DNA of 64,000 nt from Acidobacteriota bacterium (lineage in GTDB: Bacteria; Acidobacteriota; Thermoanaerobaculia; Multivoradales; JAHEKO01), in NCBI GenBank assembly GCA_029862975.1, contig JAOTWP010000006.1, positions 41 to 64,040 of the forward strand, given 5' to 3'. The notes under the pieces were generated by a model. That model did not search any database, was not told where the DNA came from, and worked only from the letters and a program-made list of their open reading frames with translations. A program made the position numbers and the translations under genes. Positions 46,121 to 55,290 of the stretch are shown in pieces. Every line of letters begins with the position of its first letter. Position 1 is the first letter of the stretch.

Positions 46121-48064
46121 ATGAAGTCTTCCGTGCTCATGGTCTTCGCAGCTTTCCTAGCGGGTGCGACGCTGCTCGCGGCGCCCGGTCTTGCCCAGCT
46201 CGGCGAGCGCCCCGGAACGTCCGTCGACACGTCCCTCGGGTTCAAGGACCTCACCGGACTGTCGATCAAGACGCCGCGCACGCGCATCGTCCACACCACC
46301 CAGCCGCTGCCGCCGGGCGGCTCGATGTACTTCCAGGTCTACGATCCGTTCCTCGCCTTCAAGATGGGCAAGGACCTGACGCAGCGCGAGTTCCGGCCGC
46401 GGGACGGCGTCTTCGCCGCCGGCATCTCCAACTTCAAGGGCCTGCTCAGCGACGGCGAGACGCCCGCGATCATCGGTAACGACCAGGTCTCGTGCGGCGG
46501 CTGCCACGCGCTGCCGTATCGCGACGCGGGCGCCGGGACCAATTTCGCCAAGAAGTCCGGTCTGGGCCGCAACGCGACGCACTTCTTCGGCTCCGGCATC
46601 CAGGAGATGCTGGCCTGGCAGATCCGCCAGAAGATGATGCAGCAGATCGACACCAATCGGAACAACTTCGTCGACCTCTCCGAGCTCAGCTCCGAGCACG
46701 TCTACGTCTCGCCGGCGCCGAGACCGGCCGCCAAGGCGATCGACTTCGGCTCCTCGGGCGACGCCGACGGCGACGGCCAGCCCGATCTCAACAACATCTT
46801 CCGGGTCTGGTACGTGGATGCCGGCGGCAGCGTGCTGCCCGGGGCGACGAGCCTCGACGACCCCGGCGTCGGAGGCTACAACTTCATCCTCGAGGTCTTC
46901 GGCTGGGGCGAGCAGCGGTTCAATCTCAACACCACGAACCGGGTGTTCGCCTGGGATCCCCTCGTGGCCCACGGCGGGCTCGAGGCCCACGATCCGACGA
47001 CGGCTTACGATCCCGACAACGACGGCTGGAGCCAGGTGTCCAACGCCGGCTGTCAGCAATCCTGGATCGGCCACGTTCCGCCGGACCCGGGCACCGAGCT
47101 CAACTCCGTCGGGCTCTCGCTCGACGATCCCGACGGCGACGGCTCGATCCACGAGATCAGCGAGGGCGACCTCGACCTGATGGAGTGGTACATGATCAAC
47201 AGCCCGCGCCCGGCCATGGGAGAGCAGACCGCGGCCACCGCCGAAGGCGCCCGCGTCTTCAACGCTCTCGGCTGCGCCGAATGCCACGTCCACACCTGGC
47301 TGATCGAAGCGGCCGACCCGGGCAACCCCGACATCCACAAGCGCTACAACGGCGACCTGCGCTTCTTCGACCTCGACGTGCGGTACAACGACGCGACGGC
47401 GCGTCTCGAAGGCTCCCTGACGCCTCTCTACACGGTCGACGGCGACGGCCGGCACTTCCCGAACCGGTCCTCGTTCCTCGTCCGGGGCATCGGCACCGAC
47501 TTCCGGCACCACGAGATGGGGCCGGGCTTCACGGATCAGCAGTACGACGGCGGCCTGGTCACGGCCTTCCGCACCGGCCTCCTATGGGGCAACGGCGCCA
47601 CCGGCTTCCCCTGGGGCCACGACGGCAAGTCGATGACCCTCGACGACGTCATCCGGCGCCATGGCGGCGAGGCGCAAGCGGCCCGCGACGCCTACGTAGC
47701 AGCTCCGGAGGGCCGGCGCGCGGCCCTGATCGCCTACCTGATGTCGCATCTGCTCTATCCGACAGACCAGGTGCCGACCGACGTCGACGGCGACGGCGCG
47801 ATCTCGGACCACTTCGTGGTCGCCGGCGAGGACACGGGCGTCGAGCGCTTCAACCCGGAGTGGCTCTTCAAGGTGCCCGGCGAGATCGAAGGCCTGGTGG
47901 CCAATCCGCAGGGGGTCCTCGTGCGCTCCGACGCCCTGGTCAACGTCGGCGAGGCCTACGGGCTCGACCTGGAGTACCTGCTCGACTCCGACCTCGACGG
48001 CTTCGCCGACGTGCAGGACGAGTGCCCGCTCACGACGGGCTACAAGGACGGCTGCTCGAGCTGA
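46121..48064 (+). CDS. Secreted di-heme oxidoreductase (DHOR-like) with DxDxDG Ca-binding-type loops
   Basis: CGGCH and CAECH; WGHDGKSMTLDDVIRRHGGEA; DADGDG, DPDGDG, DVDGDG, DSDLDG; AGGAGG RBS. Confidence 0.8.
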   Translation: MKSSVLMVFAAFLAGATLLAAPGLAQLGERPGTSVDTSLGFKDLTGLSIKTPRTRIVHTTQPLPPGGSMYFQVYDPFLAFKMGKDLTQREFRPRDGVFAAGISNFKGLLSDGETPAIIGNDQVSCGGCHALPYRDAGAGTNFAKKSGLGRNATHFFGSGIQEMLAWQIRQKMMQQIDTNRNNFVDLSELSSEHVYVSPAPRPAAKAIDFGSSGDADGDGQPDLNNIFRVWYVDAGGSVLPGATSLDDPGVGGYNFILEVFGWGEQRFNLNTTNRVFAWDPLVAHGGLEAHDPTTAYDPDNDGWSQVSNAGCQQSWIGHVPPDPGTELNSVGLSLDDPDGDGSIHEISEGDLDLMEWYMINSPRPAMGEQTAATAEGARVFNALGCAECHVHTWLIEAADPGNPDIHKRYNGDLRFFDLDVRYNDATARLEGSLTPLYTVDGDGRHFPNRSSFLVRGIGTDFRHHEMGPGFTDQQYDGGLVTAFRTGLLWGNGATGFPWGHDGKSMTLDDVIRRHGGEAQAARDAYVAAPEGRRAALIAYLMSHLLYPTDQVPTDVDGDGAISDHFVVAGEDTGVERFNPEWLFKVPGEIEGLVANPQGVLVRSDALVNVGEAYGLDLEYLLDSDLDGFADVQDECPLTTGYKDGCSS

Positions 48065-48127
48065 GGAACCGCCCTCCGGGAGGGTGACGGAAAGCGTCTC
48101 CCGACGCGGTTCTCGTCGTCGCCGGTC

Positions 48128-48244
48128 CTCCACCCCGATCCCGCGGATCGCATCCTCGTCGCCACCGCGCTCTCCCTCGGAGCCCGGCTGGTCACCCGGG
48201 ATCGCGGGCTGCGGGCCTATCCCGGAATCGAGACCGTCTGGTAG
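48128..48244 (+). pseudogene. PIN-domain (VapC-like) C-terminal remnant
   Basis: LHPDPADRILVATALSLGARLVTRDRGLRAYPGIETVW*; no in-frame start after the upstream TGA. Confidence 0.7.
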
Positions 48245-48254
48245 GAGCTCGGGC

Positions 48255-48668
48255 TCAGATTCCGAGCGCCTCGGCGGCGGTCGCCACGTCCTGCTCCCGC
48301 AGGTAGATCACGTAGCCGTAGCCTCCGCGACCGTCCGCCACGCCGCCCGACGCCGAGACGTTGACGCCGGCCTCGAAGAGCAGCCGGTGGATCTCGGCCA
48401 GGGCGCCGAGCTCGTCGTCGCCCTGGATGAGGAGAGCGTGATGGGGCCCGTTGAGCACCAGGCCCTTCTCCGCCGTCACCTGAGCCAGGAGATCGGCGCT
48501 CTCCGGGAACAGGACGAGCTGGGTCTGCTCGACCCCCGCGGGGACCGCGTTGAAGGCCAGCAGGTTGACGCCCGCCGCTCCCAGGCGGGAGAGCATCCCG
48601 TACGCCTCTCCCGGCTGATCCCGCACCATCGTGTAGAAGTACTCGATCTGACGAATCGTCCGTCTCAC
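48255..48668 (-). CDS. Tandem ACT-domain protein
   Basis: VRDQPGEAYGML...GVNL and DDELGALAEIH...AGVNV; GAGGAGGAG RBS. Confidence 0.8.
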   Translation of the reverse strand: MRRTIRQIEYFYTMVRDQPGEAYGMLSRLGAAGVNLLAFNAVPAGVEQTQLVLFPESADLLAQVTAEKGLVLNGPHHALLIQGDDELGALAEIHRLLFEAGVNVSASGGVADGRGGYGYVIYLREQDVATAAEALGI

Positions 48669-48974
48669 GCCGCTCCTCCTCGATCGCGCTGGCGAGCCGC
48701 CGGATCACGGCGCAGCCTGCCCGCGTCACCGCCAGCGACCCCCGGCAACCCGATTCTCGCCTCGGAGAGAGTATACGCGTCCTCGCGCGGCGGTCCGAGC
48801 GGGCGAGGATGGGGCTGTTAGCATGGGCTCGCGCTTCTTCCTCCTCCTGCGCCGGCCCTCGCCGCAGCCCGCAAGATCGGGGCCGCCCGTGCTCGCCCGG
48901 GCGTCGCTCACCCGACGGGCCGACCGACCGCGGCGTCTCGATCCGCCGGCTCGACCTGGACCGGGAGCCCCGTC

Positions 48975-50156
48975 ATGGACCAGCGCCAAGAGAGCATTCT
49001 CCGAGAGCTGAGGGAGCACTCGGCTACGCTGCCGGCGGAGGCGCGGCAGTACTGGCGAGAGCACGAGGGACGTTACGCCCGCCTGCTCGAGACCCTGGAC
49101 GGCCTGTACTCCCACCCTTCGAGCCGGCGCCCGAAGCCCCGCCGGATCCTGGACGTAGGCCCGTCGTACCAGACTCTCCTCCTGGCCCGCCTCTTCCCCG
49201 ACGCAGATCTCGTCACCATGGGATTCGAGGACGCGAGGTACAAGCCGAGCGCCGGCGCGCGGCACATCGACTACGACCTCAACGACGCCTACTTCAGGGA
49301 CTCGTGGCCCTGCGACGAGGGGTACGACCTGATCCTCATGCTGGAGGTGATCGAGCACCTCTACACCGCGCCTCGGAGAGTGCTCGGGGTGCTCCGCAAC
49401 CTCGCCGCGCAGAACGGGCTCATCGTCGTGTCGACCCCGAACGCGACCTTTCTCGGGAATCGCGTCGCCCTGCTGTGCGGTCGCAACCCGTTCGAGATGC
49501 TCGAGGATCGCCGCCACCGGCTGGGGCTCGGGCACTACCGGGAGTACACGTTGGCGGAGCTGGCGGAGGCCGGCAGCAGCGCGTCCCTGCGGATGCTCCG
49601 CGTGGATTTCAGCAATGCGCTCCTGGATCGAACCCGCAGACGCCAGAGGTTCTACGATCGGATCACTCGATTCCTGCCGGGAGAGTTCCGGCAGATGACG
49701 ACGATCGTGTTCGAGAAGAGCGGGGACGATGCGGAGCTGCCGGATCCCGATCGCGTCGCGCTCACCCTGGGCGACGGCTGGTTTCCGATGGAGTGCGAGC
49801 CGCACGATCCGTCGCGCCGCTGGCGATGGACGGGCGCAGAGGCGGTCGTTTCCTTCTCCAACCCACGGCGCAACGTGCTCTTCTATCTCAAGGTCGCCGG
49901 CTGCGAGCATCCGTCCCACGTCCCACGGGAGATCGCGGTCGTCGCCGCAAAGGAGACCGTGCATCGGCTTCTGACGCCTCCCGACGGAGATACCACCCAG
50001 AGGATCCCGATCCGCTCGGCGTCTCTGGGCGCCGCGGAGCACGCCGTGCTGAGGATCAGGGTGTCTCCCACGTTCGTGCCCGCCGCGGTCGAGAAGAGCG
50101 CCGACGTCCGCGAGCTCGGCGTCCGGGTCCTGACCGTCGCGATGGTGGCCCAATAG
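48975..50156 (+). CDS. Class I SAM-dependent methyltransferase with C-terminal beta-rich domain
   Basis: ILDVG, YDLILMLEVIEHL, VSTPN, HYREYT; C-terminal GWFPME..WRWTG...RELG. Confidence 0.8.
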   Translation: MDQRQESILRELREHSATLPAEARQYWREHEGRYARLLETLDGLYSHPSSRRPKPRRILDVGPSYQTLLLARLFPDADLVTMGFEDARYKPSAGARHIDYDLNDAYFRDSWPCDEGYDLILMLEVIEHLYTAPRRVLGVLRNLAAQNGLIVVSTPNATFLGNRVALLCGRNPFEMLEDRRHRLGLGHYREYTLAELAEAGSSASLRMLRVDFSNALLDRTRRRQRFYDRITRFLPGEFRQMTTIVFEKSGDDAELPDPDRVALTLGDGWFPMECEPHDPSRRWRWTGAEAVVSFSNPRRNVLFYLKVAGCEHPSHVPREIAVVAAKETVHRLLTPPDGDTTQRIPIRSASLGAAEHAVLRIRVSPTFVPAAVEKSADVRELGVRVLTVAMVAQ

Positions 50157-50247
50157 CCTCGGCCAGGGCGGTGGCTCGCCGAGCCGCGAGCCGGGCGCCG
50201 GTCCCGCCGATCCCGGAGACGTCCTCCCGCCGCCCCCCGGCCGGCGG

Positions 50248-51546
50248 CTAGAAGTACTCCGCCCGCAGGCGAGACACCGTTTCGAGGCAGTACCGGGATG
50301 CCTTCGTGTGGCGTGCGTAGAGAGAGATGCCGGAGGTGAGACAGATCTCGAGAAGAACCAGAACCACGACCGCCCGCCGGCGGATCCGCCCGGAAGGGTC
50401 CTCGCCTGCCCAGGCGAGCAGCCGCCGGAGCAGCAGGGCAAGGGCCAGCGCGACCCCCGGCAGCAGAGGGAATTGCCAGTAGTGATGCTGCCAGGCCCCC
50501 CAGTTGAAGACCAGCATGTACGAGAGGCCCGTCAGGGCCGAGATCAAGACGACGTCCGCGGGCTGAGCAGACCTCTCCCGCCGTCCCCGTGCCATCGAGC
50601 GCCCTAGCCGCCAGATCACCCAGCCGAGGGCGACCGTGCCGGTGGCGGTGAAGAGACGGCGGGCAAACGACAACATCTTGCCGAGCCATGCGACGGCTCC
50701 GTAATCCTTCCCGACGCCGATCCTCTCGAGGAAGATCCTCTGGAGCTCACCCCAGCCCCCACCGCTCGCCCACAGCAGATGGCAGAGGACGAGAACGAAC
50801 GCGAGCGACGCGCTGGCCCCGATCCACAGCGCCGCGGCACGCCACCGGTCGGGCGCGACCGACCGGCCGCGCAGGACCAGCCAGAGAAAGACCGCGAAGG
50901 CACCGAAGAAGCTCACCCAGCCCACCAGGGCGCCCCAGACGATCGAGACGACGAGGCCGGCGAGATTCCTGCCCCGTGCCGTGTCGAGGTATCGCAGCGT
51001 TTGATCGACGAGCAGAATCCACGCGGGCAGCGCGAGCGTTTCGTGGTTCACCATCCGGCCGTAGAACGCACCCATCGGCAGGACCGCGACGAGCAGCCCG
51101 GCCGCGAGGCTCACCCGGTCGCCGGACACCCGCCGAACCAGTCTCAGGAACAGCCCGATCGACACCAGCTGAAAGAAGATGGCCGTCGACCTGACGACCC
51201 GAGGCTCGTCGCTGCCGGCGAGAGACAGCGCGGCCGCCGTCGCCAGCCCGGGACCGGGCGGGTGATGCGCGTAGAACGTCACTGCTCCCGTCGACCGCAG
51301 CACGAAGGCGTCCTGTCCGCGCGTGGCGCCCAGCCCCAGCCGGAGATGACTGTGCGCGAAGAGCGTCCAGAGGGCGTTGTTGTCTTCGTGCTGCAGGCGA
51401 TAGTCGTCGCCGATGCCTACGCTCAAGAGCAGCAGGGCCACGATCAACACCGCGCCGGCGCCCAGTAGAAACAAGCCGTTCGGCGGCAACCTCCCCCCGA
51501 GGCCACTGGTCGCCGGACCGGGGCGCCCGGGGCCGGCGATCGTCAC
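50248..51546 (-). CDS. ArnT/GT39-like integral membrane glycosyltransferase (start uncertain)
   Basis: HEDN, YAHHPPG, YGRMVNHE; many TM segments. Confidence 0.72.
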   Translation of the reverse strand: MTIAGPGRPGPATSGLGGRLPPNGLFLLGAGAVLIVALLLLSVGIGDDYRLQHEDNNALWTLFAHSHLRLGLGATRGQDAFVLRSTGAVTFYAHHPPGPGLATAAALSLAGSDEPRVVRSTAIFFQLVSIGLFLRLVRRVSGDRVSLAAGLLVAVLPMGAFYGRMVNHETLALPAWILLVDQTLRYLDTARGRNLAGLVVSIVWGALVGWVSFFGAFAVFLWLVLRGRSVAPDRWRAAALWIGASASLAFVLVLCHLLWASGGGWGELQRIFLERIGVGKDYGAVAWLGKMLSFARRLFTATGTVALGWVIWRLGRSMARGRRERSAQPADVVLISALTGLSYMLVFNWGAWQHHYWQFPLLPGVALALALLLRRLLAWAGEDPSGRIRRRAVVVLVLLEICLTSGISLYARHTKASRYCLETVSRLRAEYF

Positions 51547-51738
51547 GGCGGTCCGCTCTGGTCCATGGTCGCAAGGAGAGTATCGTGCCTTCCTCGTTCG
51601 CAACCGCTCGTCCCGACGCCGCGCCGGCCGAGCCTCGGCGAGGTCGTCGCGCGGCTCGCGTACCGCCCGTGGACCTCGGCCTCGATCCCCGGAGGGCGAC
51701 CGTCGCCGACGGCCGGTCGTCCGTCGACGGGAGCGCCC

Positions 51739-53436
51739 CTAGCGGGCCATCAGGACCGTCAGGCGGTGGGGCTCGGTCGCGGACGGGTGATGCATGAGGA
51801 GGTCTTGCTTGCCGTCCCGGTCGAGGTCCACCAGCCAGCTGTTTCGCTCGTCGCCCGGCACGGTGACCGCCAACGCTCGCGGCGCGGAGGCCAGCAGCTC
51901 CGGCCCGGGCACGCCGAGATAGACGTGCAGCTCCTCGCGGCTCTTCCCCACCAGCAGGTCCGACCGTCCGTCGCCGCTCACGTCGCCCACCAGCACCGCC
52001 GGGAAGAACCCGGCGTCCCGGCCGCCGCGCGGGTCGAAATCGGTCGTGATCCGGCGGCGGACGGTGGCCCGGTCGGGGTAGAGGCCGTCTGCGCCGCGGT
52101 ACAGCTCGAGATCCATCCCGAGGGAGCCGCCGAGCAGCGCGCGGATCATCCCGCCGATTCCCGTCCTGACCCTGCCGAACGCGAAGTCGACCTGGCCGTC
52201 GCCATCGAAGTCCTCGAACCACGCGGCCGAGTATCCCCATGGCTGCCCGCCCGGCGGCCGGATCGCCGTGCCGGCCTCCCGCGCGAACGAGGTCCCGCCG
52301 GGCGCCGGTGCGCCGAAGTGCACCTCGTACAGGCTGCGCTGTCGCAGCAGGCTCCGGCCCTCGAGCGAGAGCGTCACCAGGTCGGCTACGCGGTCGCCGT
52401 TCAGGTCGCGGAAGGAGTGCAGCACCGTCCGCCTGGAGCTCGCTCGGAGTCCGAGAATGAGCCGCATCGTGCCGGCGTCGCCGAGACCGAACAGGAGCGA
52501 GTAGGCCCCGTCGGAGTCGAACGCCACGCCGGTCGTGAAGGTCTCGGCCACCGGATCAAACAGCCCGTCCGCGTCCTGGTAGTGAACGTCGAATTGATCC
52601 TCGTGCCAGAACACCAGGTCGCCACGGCCATCTCGGTCGTAGTCCACCTCGTGCATCCGGCCCAGGTACCAGGGGGCGGTCAGGGCGCTGATCCCCACCT
52701 CGCCGTAGCTGCGCCTGGCTCCGCGGGCGATCGCGTCGCGAAACGGCTCCGGAGGGCCGAGTCTCACCGGAGCGGCGAACCCGCCGTCGCGCTTCTGGAC
52801 GAGCACGCGGAAGCCCTCGAGGTCCGGGAGGATCAGGTCGTCGCGGCCGTCGCCGTTCACGTCCCGGGCCACGTCGAGGTGGGGGATCTCGCCCTCGTCG
52901 ACCGGCCCCGCCGGCTCGCCGTCCCCGTAACGCAGCCCGGCGGGCGTCGGGTTGTAGCTCGTGGCGACTTCCACCAGCACGCGCTCCGTCGCCGAGTCCG
53001 GATCGAACCAGCTCAGCCGGCCAGGCTCGTGGGTGATCAGCCGCTCGCGTCCACCGATGCCGGCCACGTCCACGAAGGAGACGCCGGGGCGCAGCGCGGC
53101 GTCGACCTTCTCGGCCCACCCACCCTCGCCGAACGCGTAGATGCGCACCAGGCGCCCCTCATCCTCGTCGACGCTCACCACGGCGACGTCCGCGACCGCG
53201 CCACCCAGAAAGAACCCGGTCAAGACGGTCTGGTACCGCTCGGCGCCGATGACGACCTCGAACCGCTCGAAGAGGTCGTCCGCGGGCGCCGCGACGTCAG
53301 CCGTGGCGGCTGCCGGCAGGAGGGCCCCCAGGGCAAGCGCGGCGCCAAGGCTGCGTCGCGCCCCGCCCCGGCCGCCGGGGCTCGAGCGGGGTTCGGCGGC
53401 AGGAGACGTCACTGCTCTCTTCTCGGGTGCGCTCAC
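51739..53436 (-). CDS. Secreted FG-GAP/VCBS repeat beta-propeller protein
   Basis: GAGGAGG RBS before GTG; signal peptide; DVNGDGRDDL, DYDRDGRGDL, DLNGDRVADL, DFDGDGQVDF, DVSGDGRSDL, DLDRDGKQDL. Confidence 0.88.
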   Translation of the reverse strand: MSAPEKRAVTSPAAEPRSSPGGRGGARRSLGAALALGALLPAAATADVAAPADDLFERFEVVIGAERYQTVLTGFFLGGAVADVAVVSVDEDEGRLVRIYAFGEGGWAEKVDAALRPGVSFVDVAGIGGRERLITHEPGRLSWFDPDSATERVLVEVATSYNPTPAGLRYGDGEPAGPVDEGEIPHLDVARDVNGDGRDDLILPDLEGFRVLVQKRDGGFAAPVRLGPPEPFRDAIARGARRSYGEVGISALTAPWYLGRMHEVDYDRDGRGDLVFWHEDQFDVHYQDADGLFDPVAETFTTGVAFDSDGAYSLLFGLGDAGTMRLILGLRASSRRTVLHSFRDLNGDRVADLVTLSLEGRSLLRQRSLYEVHFGAPAPGGTSFAREAGTAIRPPGGQPWGYSAAWFEDFDGDGQVDFAFGRVRTGIGGMIRALLGGSLGMDLELYRGADGLYPDRATVRRRITTDFDPRGGRDAGFFPAVLVGDVSGDGRSDLLVGKSREELHVYLGVPGPELLASAPRALAVTVPGDERNSWLVDLDRDGKQDLLMHHPSATEPHRLTVLMAR

Positions 53437-53508
53437 ATGTTCCTCCTCGGGGTCGGGACGGGAGCCGGTCGCGGCGACGGCTCCGACGACTCTGGAGCGA
53501 TGGGCATG

Positions 53509-53524
53509 AGCAACGGACGTGCCA
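53509..53524 (-). promoter_or_regulatory. Sigma54 (-24/-12) promoter of the FG-GAP gene
   Basis: Minus strand TGGCAC-GTCCG-TTGCT matches consensus TGGCAC-N5-TTGCW; adjacent to a sigma54 activator gene. Confidence 0.85.
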
Positions 53525-53586
53525 GCCGCCGGGACGGCGGATCCGGCCGGGTCTGGCTTCGCTCGACGGCCCGAATGGGAACCTGC

Positions 53587-53625
53587 TGTACATCTCATGC
53601 ACACCATACGTGCTCGCGATGTACA
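53587..53625. promoter_or_regulatory. Candidate upstream activator sequence: three TGYACA boxes
   Basis: TGTACA 53587, TGCACA 53598, TGTACA 53620 (11- and 22-bp spacing), 65-100 bp upstream of the -24 element. Confidence 0.55.
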
Positions 53626-53633
53626 CTCGGCGA

Positions 53634-55265
53634 ATGTCGTTGCCGGGTCACCGCGACCTCCTCGAAGCGACCGCCGAGCTGACCTACTGCAACCCGTTCC
53701 TTCGCGAGCGCGTCGCTCTCGAGCGCCGCGCCCTGGGGCGGGCGTTCGAGCACCACGGCGAGGTCTGGCACCCCGACGAGCTGACCGCGCCCAACCCCAA
53801 CGTCGTCCGCATCCAGGAGCGCCTCGAGACGGCGGTGCCGGCGTGGAGGAGCGAGCTGCTGGAGCACGGCGCGCCTTCGCGAGAGGAGCTGCGGCTCTAT
53901 CGCGACGTCGTCTACTACACGATCTACAACCGCTGGCAGGCGGATCTCCTCGCGCTGGTGCTGCGCCCGGAAGGCCCGCGGAGGGTCGCGCTGTGGACGG
54001 ATTTCGAGGCCGGGCACGCGTTCCTCCTGCCCCCGGAGCTCCAGCTCGAGGGCCAGGCGCCGGCCGATCTCGTCTTCGCCTGGTTCTTCCAGCTCCGGCG
54101 CGCCTTCCACCACGTCTTCCACAGCCTCCACGGCTCGTCGCGCCCCGTCGCGGAGCTCCGGGCCCAGGTCTGGCAGTCGATCTTCTCTCACGACATGCGG
54201 CGCTTCCGCCGTGGTCTCTATTCGCGCATCGGCGATTTCACGACCCTGATCACCGGCCCTTCGGGGACCGGCAAGGAGCTCGTGGCGCGCGCCATCGGCA
54301 TGTCCCGCTTCATTCCCTTCGACCCTCGCCGGGCGGCGTTCGTCGAGGACTTCCGCTCCTCCTTCATCGCCCTCAACCTCGCCGCGCTGTCGCCGACGCT
54401 CGTGGAGTCGGAGCTCTTCGGGCATCGCAAGGGCTCGTTCACCGGAGCCATCGAGGACCGCAAGGGGTGGCTGGAGACCTGCTCGCCGCTGGGATCGGTG
54501 TTCCTCGACGAGATCGGCGAGATCTCGCTGGACCTTCAGGTCAAGCTCCTGCGGGTCCTGCAGACCCGCGCGTTCCAGCGGATCGGAGACACCACCGACC
54601 GCCGCTTCGAGGGCAAGCTGATCGCGTCGACCCATCGCGACCCCGAGGAGGAGATGCGGGCGGGACGAATGCGACCCGACTTCTACTACCGGATCTGCTC
54701 CGATCTGGTCGCCACACCTTCGCTGCGCCGACAGCTCGCCGCTGCGCCCGAAGACCTCGCGAGCCTCGTCCAGCTCATCGTCACCGGCCTCGTCGGCGAC
54801 CGGGACGTGGCCAGCGTGACCGCCGAGATCCTGGACTGGATCGAGTCCCGGCTCGGCGTCGACTACGCCTGGCCCGGGAACTTCCGCGAGCTCGAGCAGT
54901 GCGTGCGCAACCTGCTGATTCGCGGCAGCTACGAGCCGGCGGCGAGCCCGGCGCCCGCCGCGTCCACGATGAGGGCGGATCTGGCCTCCGAGGTCGCCGC
55001 CATGAAGCTCGATGCCGAAGCCCTTCTCCGGCGCTACACCACCCTGGTGTACTTCCACGCCGGCAGCTTCGTCGGCGCGGCACGGCGGCTCGGTTTCGAT
55101 CGCCGCACCGTCAAGGCGAGGATCGACCCGGAGTATCTCGCCCGGCTGCGCGCCGCCTCGGAAGCCCCATCCGCGCCGCCAGACGGAACCGCCAGACGGA
55201 ACCGCCAGACGGAACCGCCCGGGCCCCGGCCGGCGGAAGAGGGTGGCGGCGGGCTTGCTGGTTGA
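53634..55265 (+). CDS. Sigma54-dependent transcriptional activator (bEBP) with unrecognised N-terminal domain
   Basis: GPSGTGKE, ESELFGHRKGSFTGA, FLDEIGE, QVKLLRVLQ, WPGNFREL, C-terminal HTH AARRLGFDRRTV. Confidence 0.92.
   Translation: MSLPGHRDLLEATAELTYCNPFLRERVALERRALGRAFEHHGEVWHPDELTAPNPNVVRIQERLETAVPAWRSELLEHGAPSREELRLYRDVVYYTIYNRWQADLLALVLRPEGPRRVALWTDFEAGHAFLLPPELQLEGQAPADLVFAWFFQLRRAFHHVFHSLHGSSRPVAELRAQVWQSIFSHDMRRFRRGLYSRIGDFTTLITGPSGTGKELVARAIGMSRFIPFDPRRAAFVEDFRSSFIALNLAALSPTLVESELFGHRKGSFTGAIEDRKGWLETCSPLGSVFLDEIGEISLDLQVKLLRVLQTRAFQRIGDTTDRRFEGKLIASTHRDPEEEMRAGRMRPDFYYRICSDLVATPSLRRQLAAAPEDLASLVQLIVTGLVGDRDVASVTAEILDWIESRLGVDYAWPGNFRELEQCVRNLLIRGSYEPAASPAPAASTMRADLASEVAAMKLDAEALLRRYTTLVYFHAGSFVGAARRLGFDRRTVKARIDPEYLARLRAASEAPSAPPDGTARRNRQTEPPGPRPAEEGGGGLAG
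55176..55219 (+). repeat. 13-bp tandem repeat CCGCCAGACGGAA x3 in the activator 3' end
   Basis: Exact units at 55176, 55189, 55202 plus a partial. Confidence 0.9.
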
Positions 55266-55283
55266 AGCGGGTCGGACTAGACT
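55255..55283 (+). promoter_or_regulatory. Sigma70-type promoter of the TA operon (TTGCTG-17-TAGACT), leaderless
   Basis: TAGACT ends 7 nt before ATG 55291; no SD. Confidence 0.55.
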
Positions 55284-55290
55284 TGGCTCA

